Positions 18,491 through 27,076 of a DNA stretch of 64,000 nt are shown here, in pieces; the stretch's first letter is position 1; each line of letters begins with the position of its first letter. The DNA is from Spirosomataceae bacterium. GTDB taxonomy: Bacteria; Bacteroidota; Bacteroidia; Cytophagales; Spirosomataceae. Under the pieces are notes generated by a model, which worked only from the letters and a program-made list of their open reading frames with translations, was not told the origin of the DNA and did no database searches. Location of the stretch: NCBI GenBank assembly GCA_046329125.1, contig JAXLVD010000017.1:16048-80047 (forward strand). The letters run 5' to 3'. The position numbers were made by a program, and so were the translations under genes.

Positions 18491-21121
18491 TTATTCAGAT
18501 CGTAAACTTTTGACCGGATTCATCAAAGCCGCTTTGATGGATTGAAAACTGACCGTCAATAAAGTAATGAGTAACGCTCCCGCCCCGGCCGCGGCAAAAA
18601 TCCACCACGAGATCCCCGTCCGATAGGTATATTTCTCCAACCATTCGTCCATGAAATAATAAGCGACAGGGGCGGCAATCAAATAGGCGATCAGGACCAA
18701 TACCACAAAATCTTTGGAGAGCATTTGCCAAAGATTGGTGACGGAAGCGCCCAATATTTTACGAATCCCGATTTCTTTCGTGCGCTGTTCGGCAACAAAA
18801 GACGCCAGACCGAATAAACCCAGACAGGAAATGAAAATGGCAAAAATGGCAAAAAAGGTAGCCAATATGCTGATACGTTCCTCGGTGGCAAATTTTCGGG
18901 CATATTCTTCATCTACAAATCTGTAATCGAACGGAGCGGAAGGGACCAATTTTTTGAAGACGGTCTCCATCTTTGTTAAAGCGGTATGTGCATTGATCCT
19001 TGGGTTTATTTTTAAAAAAATATATCCTTTATACCCTTGCAGAAAGAAAATGGTTGGCTTTATAGGCTCAAAGGGCGATTTCATTACCATGTCTTTGACA
19101 ACCCCAATCACTTTAAAGGTGTTTCCGTCGTAAAATTCGGTATCCCAATGAATGGTTTCGCCAATGGGATTTTGTAAACCCATCTCTTTTACCGCGGCTT
19201 CATTAAGAACAAATCCGGCAGAATCACTTGCCAACTCTTTTGAAAAATCTCTTCCGGCCACAAATTGCCAACCGATGGTTTTGCCATAATCATGACTTAC
19301 GCCCAATGTTCCGAAGTTTGTTTGAAAATTAGGGTCTTTTCCTTTCCAGTCAAATCCGCCATTCATGGCAGCAATGTCTGTCAGGCGGCTGGAAGATTCG
19401 GCCATTTCTGTTACGACACCCGTTTTGAGTAATTCTGTTTTCAGAATGTCTGATTTTCCTTTAAACTCCGGAGAGCTTTTTCGGAAGACCAGCAAATTTT
19501 CACGCGAATAGCCAATCGGACGGTTTTTTGCATATTGAATTTGACGGTGAACGACAATGGTACCGATAATGAGAATGATTGAGACGGAGAATTGAACAAT
19601 AACTAAAGTTTTTCGTGGTAAAGATGCCAAACGACCGATGAAGATGGTTCCTTTTAAGACGCTTATGGGTCTGAAAGAAGACAAATAAAATGCCGGATAA
19701 CTGCCTGAAATAAGCCCGGTTACGGTGATAAATGCCAGTGAAAAAATCCAGAAAAGCGGATTGTTCCATAAAATCTCCGTTTTTTTATCCGTAATCGAAT
19801 TAAACCAAGGCAATAATAGTAGAACAAGCAGCAAGGAAATGAGAAAAGCCAAAATAACTGTGAGCAGAGATTCGCTGAAAAATTGGTTGATTAACTGACT
19901 GCGCATTGATCCGACCGACTTTCGAATCCCTACTTCTTTGGCGCGTTTTTCACTGCGGGCAGTATTTAAGTTTATAAAGTTGATGCAAGCCAGCAACAGC
20001 ACAAAAACACCGATAATGCCATAAATCCAAACATATTTCAATTCTTCACCGGTTGCAATTACGCCATTTTCGTATGTTGAGTACAAATGCCAATTACGCA
20101 TGGGTTGGAGAAAGAGCGTAGGTTTACGTTCGGCATATTCTTTGTCAACGTGAGCTAATTTTAGGTCTTTTATCTTGGCAGAAACAGTTTCAAAGTTTGT
20201 ATTGGGGTTGATTTGAGCATAAATGTGAAGAAAATTATTATTCCAATCATCTTTATGATCTCTGATATAATCATAGGAAGACAGCATTAAATCCCAAGGC
20301 GCAATGAAAGCAAGTTCTTTAAATTCAGAGTTGTTGGGCAAATCCTCATATACACCCGTTACCTTCACATTTAGCTCATTATCTATTTTAAGTAATTGAT
20401 TGGTCGGATCATTATTATCAAACAACATCTTTGCCAAGGACGCTGAAAGCAGGATAGAATTTAATTCTCTGAGTCCATTTTTACTTCCATATTTCATCTT
20501 CAGTGACAGCAATTCGGGCGCTTCCGGCTGCATATAATTCCCTTTTTGAGTGAAATTTTGGTTGCCGGAAGTGATGATATAGTTTTGAGTCTGTGTGGAC
20601 ATGACCACATACTTAAAATCTTCCTTGAAATGACTGCGAAGTTCTTGTCCCAACGGAATAGGGTTATTTTCTCGCGTACTTATTTCTCCATGAATGGTTT
20701 GGTGTTGCATTACCCGCCCTATTTGCTCATAATTTTTGTGGTATTTATTGAAACTCAATTCATCGTACATCCACAAACCAATCAACATTGTCACGGCCAT
20801 TCCCGTAGCCAAGCCGAAAATATTAATAAAGGAGTAACCTTTGTCTTTCAACAGATTACGAAAGGCGATTTTGAAATAGTTGCGTATCATGGTTGGGCTG
20901 TATAGATAAGTTTTAGGATAAATGACTCGTTTGTCTTTGGCAAAAGGCCGTAATAATTTAATGACATTGAAAATGTATCTCCAATCCGCCTTTCGTTGAC
21001 CGACAGTTTGCTGCCAATGATTGTATAATTCCAATAAATCACCTTCCACCTCTTCCGAAGTGCTGGGATTGGACCACCACCTCAACAGAAGTGAAGCCCA
21101 GCGGGGCGGTTTTTGGTTCAT
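18491..21121 (-). CDS. P2: orphan double-FtsX (MacB-like) ABC-type permease, class-A prefix domain
   Basis: I trimmed the start to the ATG at 21121 (MNQKPPRWASLLLRWW...), matching the paralog N-termini. Prefix ...EEVEGDLLELYNHW. FtsX loops RSEKRAKEVGIRK and EQRTKEIGIRK each follow a large extracytoplasmic-type segment. C-terminus is NPVKSLRSE. Confidence 0.9.
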   Translation of the reverse strand: MNQKPPRWASLLLRWWSNPSTSEEVEGDLLELYNHWQQTVGQRKADWRYIFNVIKLLRPFAKDKRVIYPKTYLYSPTMIRNYFKIAFRNLLKDKGYSFINIFGLATGMAVTMLIGLWMYDELSFNKYHKNYEQIGRVMQHQTIHGEISTRENNPIPLGQELRSHFKEDFKYVVMSTQTQNYIITSGNQNFTQKGNYMQPEAPELLSLKMKYGSKNGLRELNSILLSASLAKMLFDNNDPTNQLLKIDNELNVKVTGVYEDLPNNSEFKELAFIAPWDLMLSSYDYIRDHKDDWNNNFLHIYAQINPNTNFETVSAKIKDLKLAHVDKEYAERKPTLFLQPMRNWHLYSTYENGVIATGEELKYVWIYGIIGVFVLLLACINFINLNTARSEKRAKEVGIRKSVGSMRSQLINQFFSESLLTVILAFLISLLLVLLLLPWFNSITDKKTEILWNNPLFWIFSLAFITVTGLISGSYPAFYLSSFRPISVLKGTIFIGRLASLPRKTLVIVQFSVSIILIIGTIVVHRQIQYAKNRPIGYSRENLLVFRKSSPEFKGKSDILKTELLKTGVVTEMAESSSRLTDIAAMNGGFDWKGKDPNFQTNFGTLGVSHDYGKTIGWQFVAGRDFSKELASDSAGFVLNEAAVKEMGLQNPIGETIHWDTEFYDGNTFKVIGVVKDMVMKSPFEPIKPTIFFLQGYKGYIFLKINPRINAHTALTKMETVFKKLVPSAPFDYRFVDEEYARKFATEERISILATFFAIFAIFISCLGLFGLASFVAEQRTKEIGIRKILGASVTNLWQMLSKDFVVLVLIAYLIAAPVAYYFMDEWLEKYTYRTGISWWIFAAAGAGALLITLLTVSFQSIKAALMNPVKSLRSE

Positions 21122-21225
21122 AATCAATTTTTTAAAAGGCAAATTTGCAAGTAAGCAAATGGGTAATTTTTTCAATATGCCCGTTGCTGATTTGCTCCGC
21201 GGCGGACGGCTTTTCAACTTTGTTT

Positions 21226-23856
21226 TTACTCATTTCGTAAACTCTTCACCGGGTTAGAAATGGCTGTTTTGATAGAGTGAAAGCTGATAGTAAACAATGC
21301 AATTATTATTACTAAGAATTCTGCCGATGCAAAAAGCCACCAACTTATTTCAATACGATAAGGATAATTTTGTAACCATTTGTTTGCAGCCATGTATGCA
21401 AGCGGCGATGCAATGATTAAAGCAAATACAACAAGCTTTATAAAATCGCCTGAAAGTGTTGTAATAATTTGTTGCACCGATGCGCCAAGCACTTTGCGTA
21501 TGCCAATTTCTTTCGTTCGTTTTTCGACAGATAAAACCGATAATCCAAACAAACCGATGCATGAAATAAATATGGTAAGTATTGAACTGAATAAAATAAT
21601 CTCTTTCCATTTTTTAACAGCAGAATATTGTCTCCTGTTTTCATCGTTCTTGAACATATAAGAATAAGGGTTCATCGGGTAAAGCTGTTGATATGTTTTT
21701 TGTATCCATTTTAAACTTTCAGCAGCCGTGTTGGGCTTTATTTTGATATAGTAGGCTCCATAATTACCTCTTAATGAGAATGCTTGCGGTGTTATTTTTT
21801 GAGTCAATGGTGCAAAGTGATAATCCTTTACCACACCAATTACACTATAGGTTTCATTACTGTTTCCTAACATTTGTACAGTTTTGCCGATAGGGTTTTT
21901 CCATTTTGCCGCTTTTACAAAACTTTCGTTCACAATAATTGATTGTGCAGAATCGGCAGGAAATGCTTTTGAAAAATTCCTTCCCGCTACCAATGGTATT
22001 TTTAGTAACGGCAAATAATTTTCATCAATCGTTTCATCAGCAAAGAATACGGTACCGTCGGTGAAATTTTTTGTACCGGTGCCCCGGTTGCCGGCATTCT
22101 TTATACTTACGCCAACAATGTTTGGGTTTTTGAGCAATTCATTTTTAAAAGCAGCAGCATCGGTATTTTTCAGCCCGTTTGTATTTACAATGACAAGATT
22201 ATTGTCATCATATCCCAAATCTGTTTTAGTTAATAAATTAAACTGTGCATAAATTATTCCGGTGGCTATGATTAAGAATGAGGCAAGCGTAAACTGCAAT
22301 ACCACCAACGATTTTTGCAGATAATTTTTGCCTGCAATCTGAAAACGGCTATACAAAGTTTGTACAGGATTATAACCCGATAAAACCAATGCAGGATAAA
22401 AGCCGGCCAGCAAGCCTGTGATAAAATACAAAGTGATGTATCCTGTAATTAATTTAATATCGAACAGGTAAGAAATGGCCAATGCTTTATTGGAAAACTC
22501 ATTAAACAACGGCAATAACAATAGGACCAACCCAATGGCTAATAAGAAAGCAGCAGTGCAAAGAAAAAACGATTCTCCAAGAAATTGGACTATCAATTGC
22601 TTTCTGTCACTGCCTGCCACTTTGCGAATGCCGATTTCTTTTGCACGCTTAACAGACCTGGCAATAGTGAGGTTTACAAAATTGATGCAGGCAATCAGTA
22701 ACACAAACAATGCAATACCCGAAAGCAAATACGAGTACATCGGATTGCTTGCATTGGTGAGACCATTGCCTGCCGGTAGTTGTGTGCTCAGATGTATGTC
22801 AAGATACGGTTGCAAAAGATAGGTGCCCATGGGAATTTGATCCGGATCGCCGCCATCATTTTTCAGCATTTCATAGAAAGTAGCTTTCGCATCTGCCACA
22901 TAAAAACGCTGCATTTGATTTTCCACTGTTTGGATGTTGGCTTTTTCATCCAACACTACAAATGTGTTCAGGAAAAGGCTAAACCAATTATGGGTATCCT
23001 TTACGTCAGCATCGGATACTATTAAAGGCATCAGGGCCGTAAATTGTATAGAAGAATTTTGCGGGCAACGTTTTGCAACAGCTGTTACTTTGTAAGGAAC
23101 AAAGGCTGTATCTTCTTTTATCATCATTACCCTGCCGACAACATCAGTGGTAGCAAAATATTTCTTTGCAGCATCTTCGCTTAATACAAGTGAATGCGGT
23201 TCTGTTAAACAGGTTTTAGGGTCTCCGGCTAATAAGGGAAATGTCAATACCGAAAAGAAATTGGAGTCAACATGTAAGACACCACCCTGTTGCTGTACTT
23301 CGGTTCCTTTTTTTATGTCTTTAACACCGCCCTGCACACGAACAAAAGACTTTATTCCGGGGACATTTTGCATAAACCTCGGCCCTTGTAAAAAACCTGT
23401 GCTGCCAATTTCAAAGTAGCCTTTTAATCCTTTTTGCCCTCTTGCTATGCGGTAAATATTGGTTGCATTTTTATGAAATCTGTCGAAGCTTACCTCATCT
23501 TTTACATACAGCATAATCAGCATGGCGCAGGCCAAGCCAATACATAAGCCTGCAATATTGATGAAAGAATAAACTTTGTTTCGAGCAAAATTTCGGAAAG
23601 CGATTTTGAAATAATTAAGTATCATGGTTGGGCTGTATATGTAGGTTGTTGGATAATTATTTTTTCGTTTTGCAAATGGTCGCAAGAGTTTCAGGGCATT
23701 GAGCGCATAGTACCAATTGGCTTTTCTGATACCTGCGGTTTGTACCCAATAGGCGTATAATTCCAGTAAATCACCTTCTACTTCTTCCAAAGTATTCGGG
23801 TCGGCCCACCAACTGAGTAAGGTGGAGACCCAGCGCGGTGGTTGATTCTGATTCAT
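21226..23856 (-). CDS. P3: orphan double-FtsX permease, class-A prefix, body subfamily II
   Basis: 876 aa. Prefix PPRWVSTLLSWWADPNTLEEVEGDLLELY. Loops RSVKRAKEIGIRK and EKRTKEIGIRK. The body is closest to P16 (CPQNSSIQF / CPQNSSIKF). Confidence 0.9.
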   Translation of the reverse strand: MNQNQPPRWVSTLLSWWADPNTLEEVEGDLLELYAYWVQTAGIRKANWYYALNALKLLRPFAKRKNNYPTTYIYSPTMILNYFKIAFRNFARNKVYSFINIAGLCIGLACAMLIMLYVKDEVSFDRFHKNATNIYRIARGQKGLKGYFEIGSTGFLQGPRFMQNVPGIKSFVRVQGGVKDIKKGTEVQQQGGVLHVDSNFFSVLTFPLLAGDPKTCLTEPHSLVLSEDAAKKYFATTDVVGRVMMIKEDTAFVPYKVTAVAKRCPQNSSIQFTALMPLIVSDADVKDTHNWFSLFLNTFVVLDEKANIQTVENQMQRFYVADAKATFYEMLKNDGGDPDQIPMGTYLLQPYLDIHLSTQLPAGNGLTNASNPMYSYLLSGIALFVLLIACINFVNLTIARSVKRAKEIGIRKVAGSDRKQLIVQFLGESFFLCTAAFLLAIGLVLLLLPLFNEFSNKALAISYLFDIKLITGYITLYFITGLLAGFYPALVLSGYNPVQTLYSRFQIAGKNYLQKSLVVLQFTLASFLIIATGIIYAQFNLLTKTDLGYDDNNLVIVNTNGLKNTDAAAFKNELLKNPNIVGVSIKNAGNRGTGTKNFTDGTVFFADETIDENYLPLLKIPLVAGRNFSKAFPADSAQSIIVNESFVKAAKWKNPIGKTVQMLGNSNETYSVIGVVKDYHFAPLTQKITPQAFSLRGNYGAYYIKIKPNTAAESLKWIQKTYQQLYPMNPYSYMFKNDENRRQYSAVKKWKEIILFSSILTIFISCIGLFGLSVLSVEKRTKEIGIRKVLGASVQQIITTLSGDFIKLVVFALIIASPLAYMAANKWLQNYPYRIEISWWLFASAEFLVIIIALFTISFHSIKTAISNPVKSLRNE

Positions 23857-23870
23857 AGCTTCTTAAGTTC

Positions 23871-23923
23871 AAAGTGGAAGGTGTAAATTGAGAAGGACAC
23901 TTTACCCCTTTCCTTTACACTCG
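23871..23923 (-). repeat. Intercistronic GTGTAAAG/GTGGAAG hairpin-family element (P4/P3 junction)
   Basis: AAAGTGGAAGGTGTAAA ... CTTTACCCCTTTCCTTTACAC: an imperfect inverted repeat related to the elements at 32434, 50412, 53156 and 63307. Confidence 0.45.
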
Positions 23924-23926
23924 TAC

Positions 23927-26542
23927 TTACTCTGCCTTCAGTGTCCTTGCGGGGTTGGTTTGGGCGGCTTTCCATGAAAAGTACCCTACTGCTCCCAAGG
24001 CAATGCCGACGACAAGGAACAATAGAAAAGCCATGCTCAAATAGCTTATTCCATTATTGAAAACAAGATAACTGTTCATGAACAACGCGATGGCTACACC
24101 AAGCGGAATGGCGATGGCGGCGGCAATGGCGAGTAATTTGATAAAGTCCACTGACATCAATTGTATGACTTCCGCCACCGTGGCACCCATTACTTTTCGG
24201 ATGCCGATTTCTTTCGTGCGTTTTTCTAAACTGTAAGTAAGAATGCCGATGAGTCCTAAGATGGCAATCACAAAAATCACAATGCTTTCCATACCCGCAA
24301 ACTTCATGTCTTCGTACGGATAATAGAGGTCGTACATATCAGTATCCAGCCATGAAGCGTTCATTTCAACGTAAGGATTGTGCTTTTTCCATAGCTCATT
24401 TAGAAAGGATTCGAGCGCAGGTCGATCTTCTATCGGACTGGTTTTCAAGCACATCACTTTAAACAAAGAAGGCTGATATTGAAAAATGACAGGCTCTATT
24501 TTATGCTCATAATCGTAATGGCAGAAATTGGCAACTACGCCTATGATGGTCGCCGAAAGTGTGTCATTTACCAGAATAAGTTTTCCGATGGCTTCTTTTT
24601 CCGAGCCAAGATTCAGATTTTCAACGGCCTTTTGATTGACCACAATCATGGACGAAGTCTCTTCCGAATTACTTTCAATCAGATTGGTACCCGCTACTAT
24701 TTTCAGGTTCATATTTTCGATGAAATTATGATCGGTTGCGTAGTAAAATGTCGGTTTTGACGCCTCGTTTTTCTTGTTTTTGATACCTGAATATGTAGGT
24801 GCAATGCCAAAGTTGAGAGACGTATAGCCTATCTTTTGTACTTCTTTGATCGCGCTTACATCAGTCGCGAATCGTTTATTTTGGTTTCCTGTCAGGCTTA
24901 TATTGAGAATGTCATTTCGTTGAAAATTTTCATTGTCGTTGGCCATGTAATTGATTTGATGATACGCATGACCCATAAAAAATAGATACACCAATGCAAT
25001 CGTAAACTGGACAATGATCAACGATTTCCGAAATCCTATTTTGCCAAAACTTGCCGGTGAAACAGTACCTTTCAACACTTTTACGGGTTGATAGGAAGAT
25101 AGAATCAGACTTGGCGAAGCACCGGCGACTAAACCCAAAATCAGGTTGAAAACGAAAAATACCAGAATCAGGTAACCCAAGTGGTCGATTTCCCACGTGA
25201 GCCAAGAAACATGCACCTGATTTTTGATAAACCATAATAGCAACAAACCAATGCCCAGAGCAATGTAAGAAACCAATACGGATTCGGTCAAAAATTGAAG
25301 AATAAGCTGAGGTTTTGTGGCGCCTACTACCTTCCGTACCCCTACTTCGCGCCCTCGGTTCATGGAGCGCGCAAGGGTAAGATTGATGTAATTTAAGGAG
25401 GCCAATAAAATGAGAATCAACTGAAATCCTAAATTTATATAAATGCTTCTGAGATCTTGGACGTAAGGGTCGTTCTCCAGTATTTCTTTTGCCGGCGAAA
25501 TGTCGGCCAGATTTTGGGCTTTGAAATGCAGGGTTTTATTAGCCGTTGTTCCAATTAATTTATTGATTTCGGTAGAGGTTTTTGAAAGCTGTTTGCCAAG
25601 GTCGGTAGCCGTTCTGCCTTTTGTTAATTTTAAAAAGGTGTGGGCATTTAGCGTAGACCAATCCGTTTTCTTTTCATTCAGGGTTAAATAATCGGCAATG
25701 GGTAAGATTACATCAGTTCTGAACTGTGTTTTTTGCTGATTGAAGGGTTTTAAAACACCAACGATCTTAAAACCGCCGTACTTCGGATGCTCCAAAAAAT
25801 TGCCGATGGGATTGGCATCTCTGAAAAACCATTCGGCGGTTTCGTGGGTGAGAACAATGGTTTTAGGCTCAACGGGATAAGTCCCTTTTTCCAATGGAAA
25901 ATTAAAGACCTGAAAAAAAGATCTGCCCGTGTAAACAGCTTTGATGTTTTTTGTTTTTATCCCATTGCTCAAAACCCACTTGGGATCTCTCACCACCGTC
26001 GCTGAATTCTCGATACCGGCCAGATTTTCTTTGGCGTGTTTTGCCAACAGCACCGGACTTGATGCCCAGTTTATGATTTCACCTTCTTTTTGTTTCTCGT
26101 CGGTGATTACCCGTACTATGCGTTCGCTATCGTGGTGAAAATTATCGTATTCGTAATAGTTAACGATTTGAATTAAAGCCATCAAAGCAGAAGGAATGGC
26201 GAGGCTCAGCCCCACGATATTGATCAGCGAAAAGAGTTTATATTTTAATAAATTCCGCCAGGCGATTTTAAAATAGTTGCTTATCATAAGGCTGTAAAAA
26301 TTATCGGTTGGGTAATGTGTCGATTCTTTCGGTTTGGCAGAGGGTCTTAACAGTTTGACAGCACTGATCGCATAGCGCCAATTGGCCTTTCTGACACCCG
26401 CAGTTTGGACCCAATGGGTGTGCAATTCCAGCAAATCGCCCTGCACTTCTTCCAGCGAGTTTGGGTCGGCCCACCAACTCAGAAGTGTGGTGGCCCAACG
26501 GGGCGGTAAAGCTGATTTGGGCTTATGGCAGTTTGTGCCCAT
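23927..26542 (-). CDS. P4: orphan double-FtsX permease, class-A prefix
   Basis: 871 aa. Prefix PPRWATTLLSWWADPNSLEEVQGDLLELH. Loops RSMNRGREVGVRK and EKRTKEIGIRK. Its ATG lies 1 nt after the R1 stop. Confidence 0.9.
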   Translation of the reverse strand: MGTNCHKPKSALPPRWATTLLSWWADPNSLEEVQGDLLELHTHWVQTAGVRKANWRYAISAVKLLRPSAKPKESTHYPTDNFYSLMISNYFKIAWRNLLKYKLFSLINIVGLSLAIPSALMALIQIVNYYEYDNFHHDSERIVRVITDEKQKEGEIINWASSPVLLAKHAKENLAGIENSATVVRDPKWVLSNGIKTKNIKAVYTGRSFFQVFNFPLEKGTYPVEPKTIVLTHETAEWFFRDANPIGNFLEHPKYGGFKIVGVLKPFNQQKTQFRTDVILPIADYLTLNEKKTDWSTLNAHTFLKLTKGRTATDLGKQLSKTSTEINKLIGTTANKTLHFKAQNLADISPAKEILENDPYVQDLRSIYINLGFQLILILLASLNYINLTLARSMNRGREVGVRKVVGATKPQLILQFLTESVLVSYIALGIGLLLLWFIKNQVHVSWLTWEIDHLGYLILVFFVFNLILGLVAGASPSLILSSYQPVKVLKGTVSPASFGKIGFRKSLIIVQFTIALVYLFFMGHAYHQINYMANDNENFQRNDILNISLTGNQNKRFATDVSAIKEVQKIGYTSLNFGIAPTYSGIKNKKNEASKPTFYYATDHNFIENMNLKIVAGTNLIESNSEETSSMIVVNQKAVENLNLGSEKEAIGKLILVNDTLSATIIGVVANFCHYDYEHKIEPVIFQYQPSLFKVMCLKTSPIEDRPALESFLNELWKKHNPYVEMNASWLDTDMYDLYYPYEDMKFAGMESIVIFVIAILGLIGILTYSLEKRTKEIGIRKVMGATVAEVIQLMSVDFIKLLAIAAAIAIPLGVAIALFMNSYLVFNNGISYLSMAFLLFLVVGIALGAVGYFSWKAAQTNPARTLKAE

Positions 26543-26543
26543 G

Positions 26544-26882
26544 CTATCCTCCCATCAATTGCAGTGTGTCCGGTGGCAGTGCTCCCCACAGTTCCTCGCG
26601 CACTTGTTTTACTTCCCTCAACGCTCTTCGCCCCAACGCCGTCACTTCAAAAAAGCGTTTGCGGCGTCCTCCCCGCTCAGCCGTGGCTCCGCCCATTTTC
26701 GAGGATAAAAAGCCTTTCTCTTCCAAACGTTGCAGGGTGGTATGAATGCTGCTGAATCCAACTGCCCGACCCGTTTTCTGTTCGAGTTCCTGGGTTACGG
26801 TAACGCCGTAAGCCTCTTCCCCAAGAATCGCGACGGTCAGTAAAACGATCTCTTCAAACTCTCCCAAAAAGGTTCGTTTCAT
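26544..26882 (-). CDS. R1: PadR-family winged-HTH transcriptional regulator (short type)
   Basis: 112 aa. Signature EFEEIVLLTVAIL..EAYG ... IHTTLQRLEEKG ... ERGGRRKRFFEVTALG. Confidence 0.9.
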   Translation of the reverse strand: MKRTFLGEFEEIVLLTVAILGEEAYGVTVTQELEQKTGRAVGFSSIHTTLQRLEEKGFLSSKMGGATAERGGRRKRFFEVTALGRRALREVKQVREELWGALPPDTLQLMGG

Positions 26883-26991
26883 GTCTTGTTTTTATTTGAT
26901 ACGATAATGTCGATAAAATGCCGTGCCACCAAAAAAGACCCTTCTGAAATGCCTGCAATGGCCTTTTTTCAAAAAGCACAGAAAAAAACAC

Positions 26992-27029
26992 TGTCCGCTT
27001 TTGGACAATTGCTCGTACCGAAGCGGACA
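26992..27029. promoter_or_regulatory. O1: bipartite palindromic site upstream of R1 (candidate PadR operator)
   Basis: TGTCC-GCTTTT-GGACA (26992-27007) plus a degenerate CGTAC-CGAAGC-GGACA (27014-27029). The first site is 110 nt upstream of the R1 ATG. Confidence 0.6.
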
Positions 27030-27076
27030 GATGTGGTACGGGCAACCTGCCCGTTTTTATAGTATTTGATACTTAA

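Noticed and set aside
18714-18926. Recurrent plus-strand antisense ORFs inside the permease genes carry similar peptides (...APNTLRIPISLVRCSATKEA.PNKP.QE.KMA...). Examples are 18714-18926, 27219-27512, 29998-30348, 32727-32909, 35420-35638, 39597-39815, 42097-42357, 47980-48225, 56889-57113, 60391-60597 and 63578-63793.
   Set aside because: They are the reverse-complement reading of the most conserved FtsX loop and TM region (...EQRTKEIGIRKVLGAS...). Their similarity is inherited from sense-strand conservation. Starts and stops are not conserved, and there are no independent expression signals.
26992-27007. The TGTCC-N6-GGACA sites acting merely as small RNA hairpins or terminators.
   Set aside because: The stem sequence is invariant across the six loci, with no compensatory covariation. 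The stems are only 5-6 bp and have no U-tract. Each site has a degenerate non-hairpin second copy phased 20-22 bp away. One copy lies in a divergent promoter region. All of this fits a DNA-binding site better, although an RNA role is not excluded.
27038-27058. The hairpin ACGGGCA-ACC-TGCCCGT followed by TTTT as the terminator of P5 and module 2.
   Set aside because: The T-run follows the stem only on the plus strand, where no gene needs termination. On the minus strand the hairpin lacks a U-tract. I left it uncalled; it may be a weak or bidirectional terminator.
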